DNA of 64,000 nucleotides from an uncultured Bifidobacteriaceae bacterium (lineage in GTDB: Bacteria; Acidobacteriota; Vicinamibacteria; Vicinamibacterales; UBA2999), in the NCBI GenBank assembly GCA_964643765.1, contig CAZXTM010000005.1, positions 1,677 through 65,676 of the forward strand. Direction: 5' to 3'. This document shows, piece by piece, positions 61,135 through 64,000 of the stretch (its first letter is position 1; every line of letters starts with the position of its first letter). The position numbers and the translations under genes were made by a program. The notes under the pieces are model-generated. The model did not search any database and was not told where the DNA came from. It saw nothing but the letters and a program-made list of their open reading frames with translations.

Positions 61135-64000
61135 CGCGAGCCTCCGGGGGTGACCGTGAGCGTCAGGGGCGCCGACGAGGCTGAGACCTGCGGAATATAC
61201 ATGGGCGTGACCTGCGTGGGAGCCACCCGGAAGGTGCCTTCGGTGGTGACCTTCACCAGGTAGACATATTCATACCGGCCGAGCGAGAAGTCTTCCTGGA
61301 AAAAGACGGTGCGGTTGTCGCGGTACTCGACCTGCGACCCCCACCACCAGGCGATGCTGTCGGGCTTCTCGAGGGGATATGCCGAGCGGTCCTGCACCGA
61401 CTCGAAGCCGGCAGGCAGCGGATCCTCCACCGACAGATAGCGCCAGTCGCGGGAGCCGGCCACCGTGAGCCGCACCAGCAGCACATCGCCGGGAGTGGCG
61501 GTGCCGGTGAAGGGCTGCTCGCGATAGACGATGCGCGAGTCGACGGTGACCGGCACGAGGCGCGTGTAGGCCCGCGTGACGGCCAACTGTCGACTGCCCT
61601 GGCGACCCTCGGCCGCAGTGGCATCGAAGTAGGTGGCGGCCGCTGACCAGTAGACGACACCCCCGTCCCGCGTCACCAGCCGAACCGCGTTGGTGCCCGC
61701 CTGGGCATCGGCCTCGAAGCGGATCGGATCGGCCGCGACCATGTCCGCGGCCGAGAACGTGTGGCGACCCGCCAGCGTCCCGTTCACGAACACATCGACG
61801 CCCGCCGCGGCCGTGGCCCGCTCCCCGCGGGCCTGCATGAAGGCCAGCAGGCCGTAGAGCGCCATCGCCGTGCGCTTGGTCGTGCCCCAGTGTCCGCCCT
61901 GCCGGTTGAGAAGGAGCCAGCGCACGGCCCGCTCGAGCACCGCATGGGTCTCGCTGCGCCGCGCCAGGGCCTGCACGGCAAACGCTGTGGCTTCCACGCT
62001 GCTGTCGACGGCGTCGAAGAGCAGCGCGTCAGCGTCAGCGACCCACCAGCTGAGGTCGCCCTTCGACTGCACCCGTGCCAGCAACTCCTGCGCCGCCTGC
62101 GCCGCGCGCCCATCCCCGTGCTCGTCGAGCAGCGCCAGCAGCTGCGCCCGGCCCAGCGCACTCATGCGGTCGCGTGCCGTCCAGGCCTCTTCAAGGGCTG
62201 CGGCCTGCGAGTAGGTGATGGCGCCAGACTCGGCCCACGACATGATTTCGCCCGTGTCGGGCATGGCCCGCTTCAGCACATAGGCCATGTACACCTTGAG
62301 GTCAGGCAGTGCCCGCGGATTGACGGCATACATCCGCGCCAGCGCCCGGGCCCCGCTGTCGAGGCGGTAGATGTCGACCCGGGCCCCGGTGCGTCGTGCC
62401 TCATCCATCGCCCAGAGGGCATAGGCCGACATGAACGGGTGGTTGCCGTCGCTCTTCCACCAGCCCCACCCGCCATCGTCGTGCTGCATGTCACCGAGCC
62501 GGCGCAGGCCCGACGAGATCTGGCGGTCGAGGGCCCCGAGCCGTTCGGTCGGCGCCAGCTTCAGTTCCGTCAGGGCCCGCGTCACCAGCACGTTGGGAAT
62601 GAAGCTCGACACCGTCTGCTCGGTGCAGCCATACGGGTAGCCCGTGAGGAAGTCGAGCGCACCCAGCATCGACCCTGCCAGCGAGGGCGCCACCGAGACC
62701 GAGACGCGCCGTCCCGAGGCATTCGCCGTGGCAGGCACGATCAGATCGGCCGTGGCCTCGCCGCCACCCGCCACTGAGCCGGCGGCCGTGGCACTGCGCC
62801 GCACGCCGAAGGGTTGCACCGGCAGTGAGACCTCGACCGCGTCACGGTCCGACGCGGTCTGTGCCTCGGCCGTCAGCGTCGCGGTTCCGGGCGTGCGGGC
62901 CGCGAAGGCAAAGTCGGTTCGTGCCTCGCCGCCACTGGCCAGCGAGAGGTCGGACACCCGGCTGCGAGCGGAGGTGGCGTCGAGCCCTGTGGCCGTCAGC
63001 GCGACCGAGGCCGTGCGGCTTTCGGGGCGGTAGTTGTGCACGATGGTCGGCAGCACCACGGCGTCACCCTCGGTCAGGAACCGCGGAGGGACGACGCGGA
63101 CGATGAGGTCCTTGGTGACGGTCGTGCGCGCGAGGCCGCTGCCGACGCGCGTGTCAGTGGTTACGGCACGCGCGGTCAGGCGCCAGGTGGTGAGCGCATC
63201 CGGGTAGCGCACCGCCACCTGCGCCCGTCCTTCGGCGTCGGTGACGATGTCGGGCACCCAGTAGATGGCGTCGGGAAATTCCTTGCGCACCGCCGGTTGT
63301 GCGGGCTGATCGCCCTTGAAGTCAGCCAGCGTCATCGGCCCTCGTCTTCGCCGGGTCAGCTGCAGACGGTCGACCCCCGAGAACCCGGTGAAGAAGTATT
63401 CCCGAGAGAACGACGTGCTCACACGGCTGTAGTCGCGCCGGTAGAAGTACCGCACGGAGTCGGGCGTGGTGTCGGCGCGCACCCCGTACACCGCTTCGTC
63501 GATGACGGCCAGGCTCACCTGCGCGCGCACGGGGGCACCGGTGTGGTCAGTGACCTGCACCGTGAAGCGCCCGGGTTCCTGCGGGCGCGACACGGCCTGC
63601 TCTGCCGTGATGGCCACCTGCAGCGTCTGCGCCGCAGCCGGAACACTCAGGCGGCGCTCGGCCCGGTAGAGTCGGCCGTCGCGCATGTAGACGAGATTGA
63701 CGTAGACATCGCCCACATCGCCCTCGGCCACGGGAATCTCGATGGCATCGGAGGCCGTGAGTCGCAGCACCTGATGCCACGAGACATGCTGGCCCTCCTT
63801 GGTGGCCAGCACGGGACCGGTGACCGACTCGCCGCGCAGCATCAGCCGGGCCGTGTCACCCGGGGCGTAGGCCTTCCGGTCGGCGATGAGCTCGACGAAC
63901 CGATCACGCGCCTCGTCGGTGAACCCGGACTGCGGCCCCGGAACGAACAACCACAGCTGGTCGGTGACGCGCCGGCCGTCAGAGTCGGCGGCGATCGTGA
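61131..64000 (-). CDS. alpha-2-macroglobulin family protein with thioester motif (N-terminus outside window)
   Basis: The frame remains open to nt 64000 beyond the listed TTG. Thioester motif GYPYGCTEQTVSSF, MG-domain-like beta repeats, an alpha-helical TED region (WGWWK, HWGTTKRTAMALYGL) and a receptor-binding-like C-terminal domain. Confidence 0.88.
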   Translation of the reverse strand, partial: TIAADSDGRRVTDQLWLFVPGPQSGFTDEARDRFVELIADRKAYAPGDTARLMLRGESVTGPVLATKEGQHVSWHQVLRLTASDAIEIPVAEGDVGDVYVNLVYMRDGRLYRAERRLSVPAAAQTLQVAITAEQAVSRPQEPGRFTVQVTDHTGAPVRAQVSLAVIDEAVYGVRADTTPDSVRYFYRRDYSRVSTSFSREYFFTGFSGVDRLQLTRRRRGPMTLADFKGDQPAQPAVRKEFPDAIYWVPDIVTDAEGRAQVAVRYPDALTTWRLTARAVTTDTRVGSGLARTTVTKDLIVRVVPPRFLTEGDAVVLPTIVHNYRPESRTASVALTATGLDATSARSRVSDLSLASGGEARTDFAFAARTPGTATLTAEAQTASDRDAVEVSLPVQPFGVRRSATAAGSVAGGGEATADLIVPATANASGRRVSVSVAPSLAGSMLGALDFLTGYPYGCTEQTVSSFIPNVLVTRALTELKLAPTERLGALDRQISSGLRRLGDMQHDDGGWGWWKSDGNHPFMSAYALWAMDEARRTGARVDIYRLDSGARALARMYAVNPRALPDLKVYMAYVLKRAMPDTGEIMSWAESGAITYSQAAALEEAWTARDRMSALGRAQLLALLDEHGDGRAAQAAQELLARVQSKGDLSWWVADADALLFDAVDSSVEATAFAVQALARRSETHAVLERAVRWLLLNRQGGHWGTTKRTAMALYGLLAFMQARGERATAAAGVDVFVNGTLAGRHTFSAADMVAADPIRFEADAQAGTNAVRLVTRDGGVVYWSAAATYFDATAAEGRQGSRQLAVTRAYTRLVPVTVDSRIVYREQPFTGTATPGDVLLVRLTVAGSRDWRYLSVEDPLPAGFESVQDRSAYPLEKPDSIAWWWGSQVEYRDNRTVFFQEDFSLGRYEYVYLVKVTTEGTFRVAPTQVTPMYIPQVSASSAPLTLTVTPGGSR

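Overview
GC-rich bacterial chromosomal segment (third codon positions are almost uniformly G/C) that is densely coding. I support 46 protein-coding genes. By eye I found no rRNA or tRNA genes, no CRISPR array, and no transposase, integrase or phage genes. The gene content (TonB-dependent receptors with a carboxypeptidase-regulatory-like N-terminus, DUF1552, a Bat/MoxR cluster, many secreted proteins) suggests an Acidobacteriota-like soil bacterium; this is inference only.

Main blocks:
1. 1-16.6 kb: a same-strand run of ankyrin, TPR/HExxH peptidase, DUF4159, MoxR AAA+, DUF58, BatA/vWA, a 1122-aa coiled-coil protein, vWA/GATase-like and a legumain-like protein whose catalytic Cys appears replaced by Thr.
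2. 16.6-19.8 kb: rhomboid protease, a small zinc-ribbon protein, an M28 peptidase and citrate synthase.
3. 19.9-44.6 kb: a phosphorus-acquisition island. It holds phoU-pstB-fused pstCA-ppx, an orphan OmpR-type regulator, glgC, a DASS transporter, PhoX, a PLC-like phosphodiesterase, two TonB-dependent receptors, a PHP hydrolase, DUF47-pitA and phoR-phoB.
4. 46.5-52.5 kb: the imuA-imuB-dnaE2 mutagenesis cassette behind a near-consensus promoter embedded in a 50-bp dyad.
5. 52.7-57.1 kb: a secreted triple-RidA protein, a SET-domain methyltransferase, and a PBP-transpeptidase/SpoIID/peptidase-MA fusion whose 3' end is duplicated in tandem.
6. 57.2-64 kb: an orphan ABC ATPase, a cytochrome c/copper-monooxygenase-like pair, a membrane protein and a thioester-containing alpha-2-macroglobulin (5' end outside the window).

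The most interesting non-coding signal is a promoter geometry seen six times in the phosphorus island: 11-bp-phased GTNAC-type heptamers, an 8-9 nt gap, then a -10-like hexamer. The hexamer often sits only 7-9 nt before the start codon, which suggests leaderless mRNAs. All functional calls come from reading the translated ORFs and from family knowledge recalled from memory; no database search was run.
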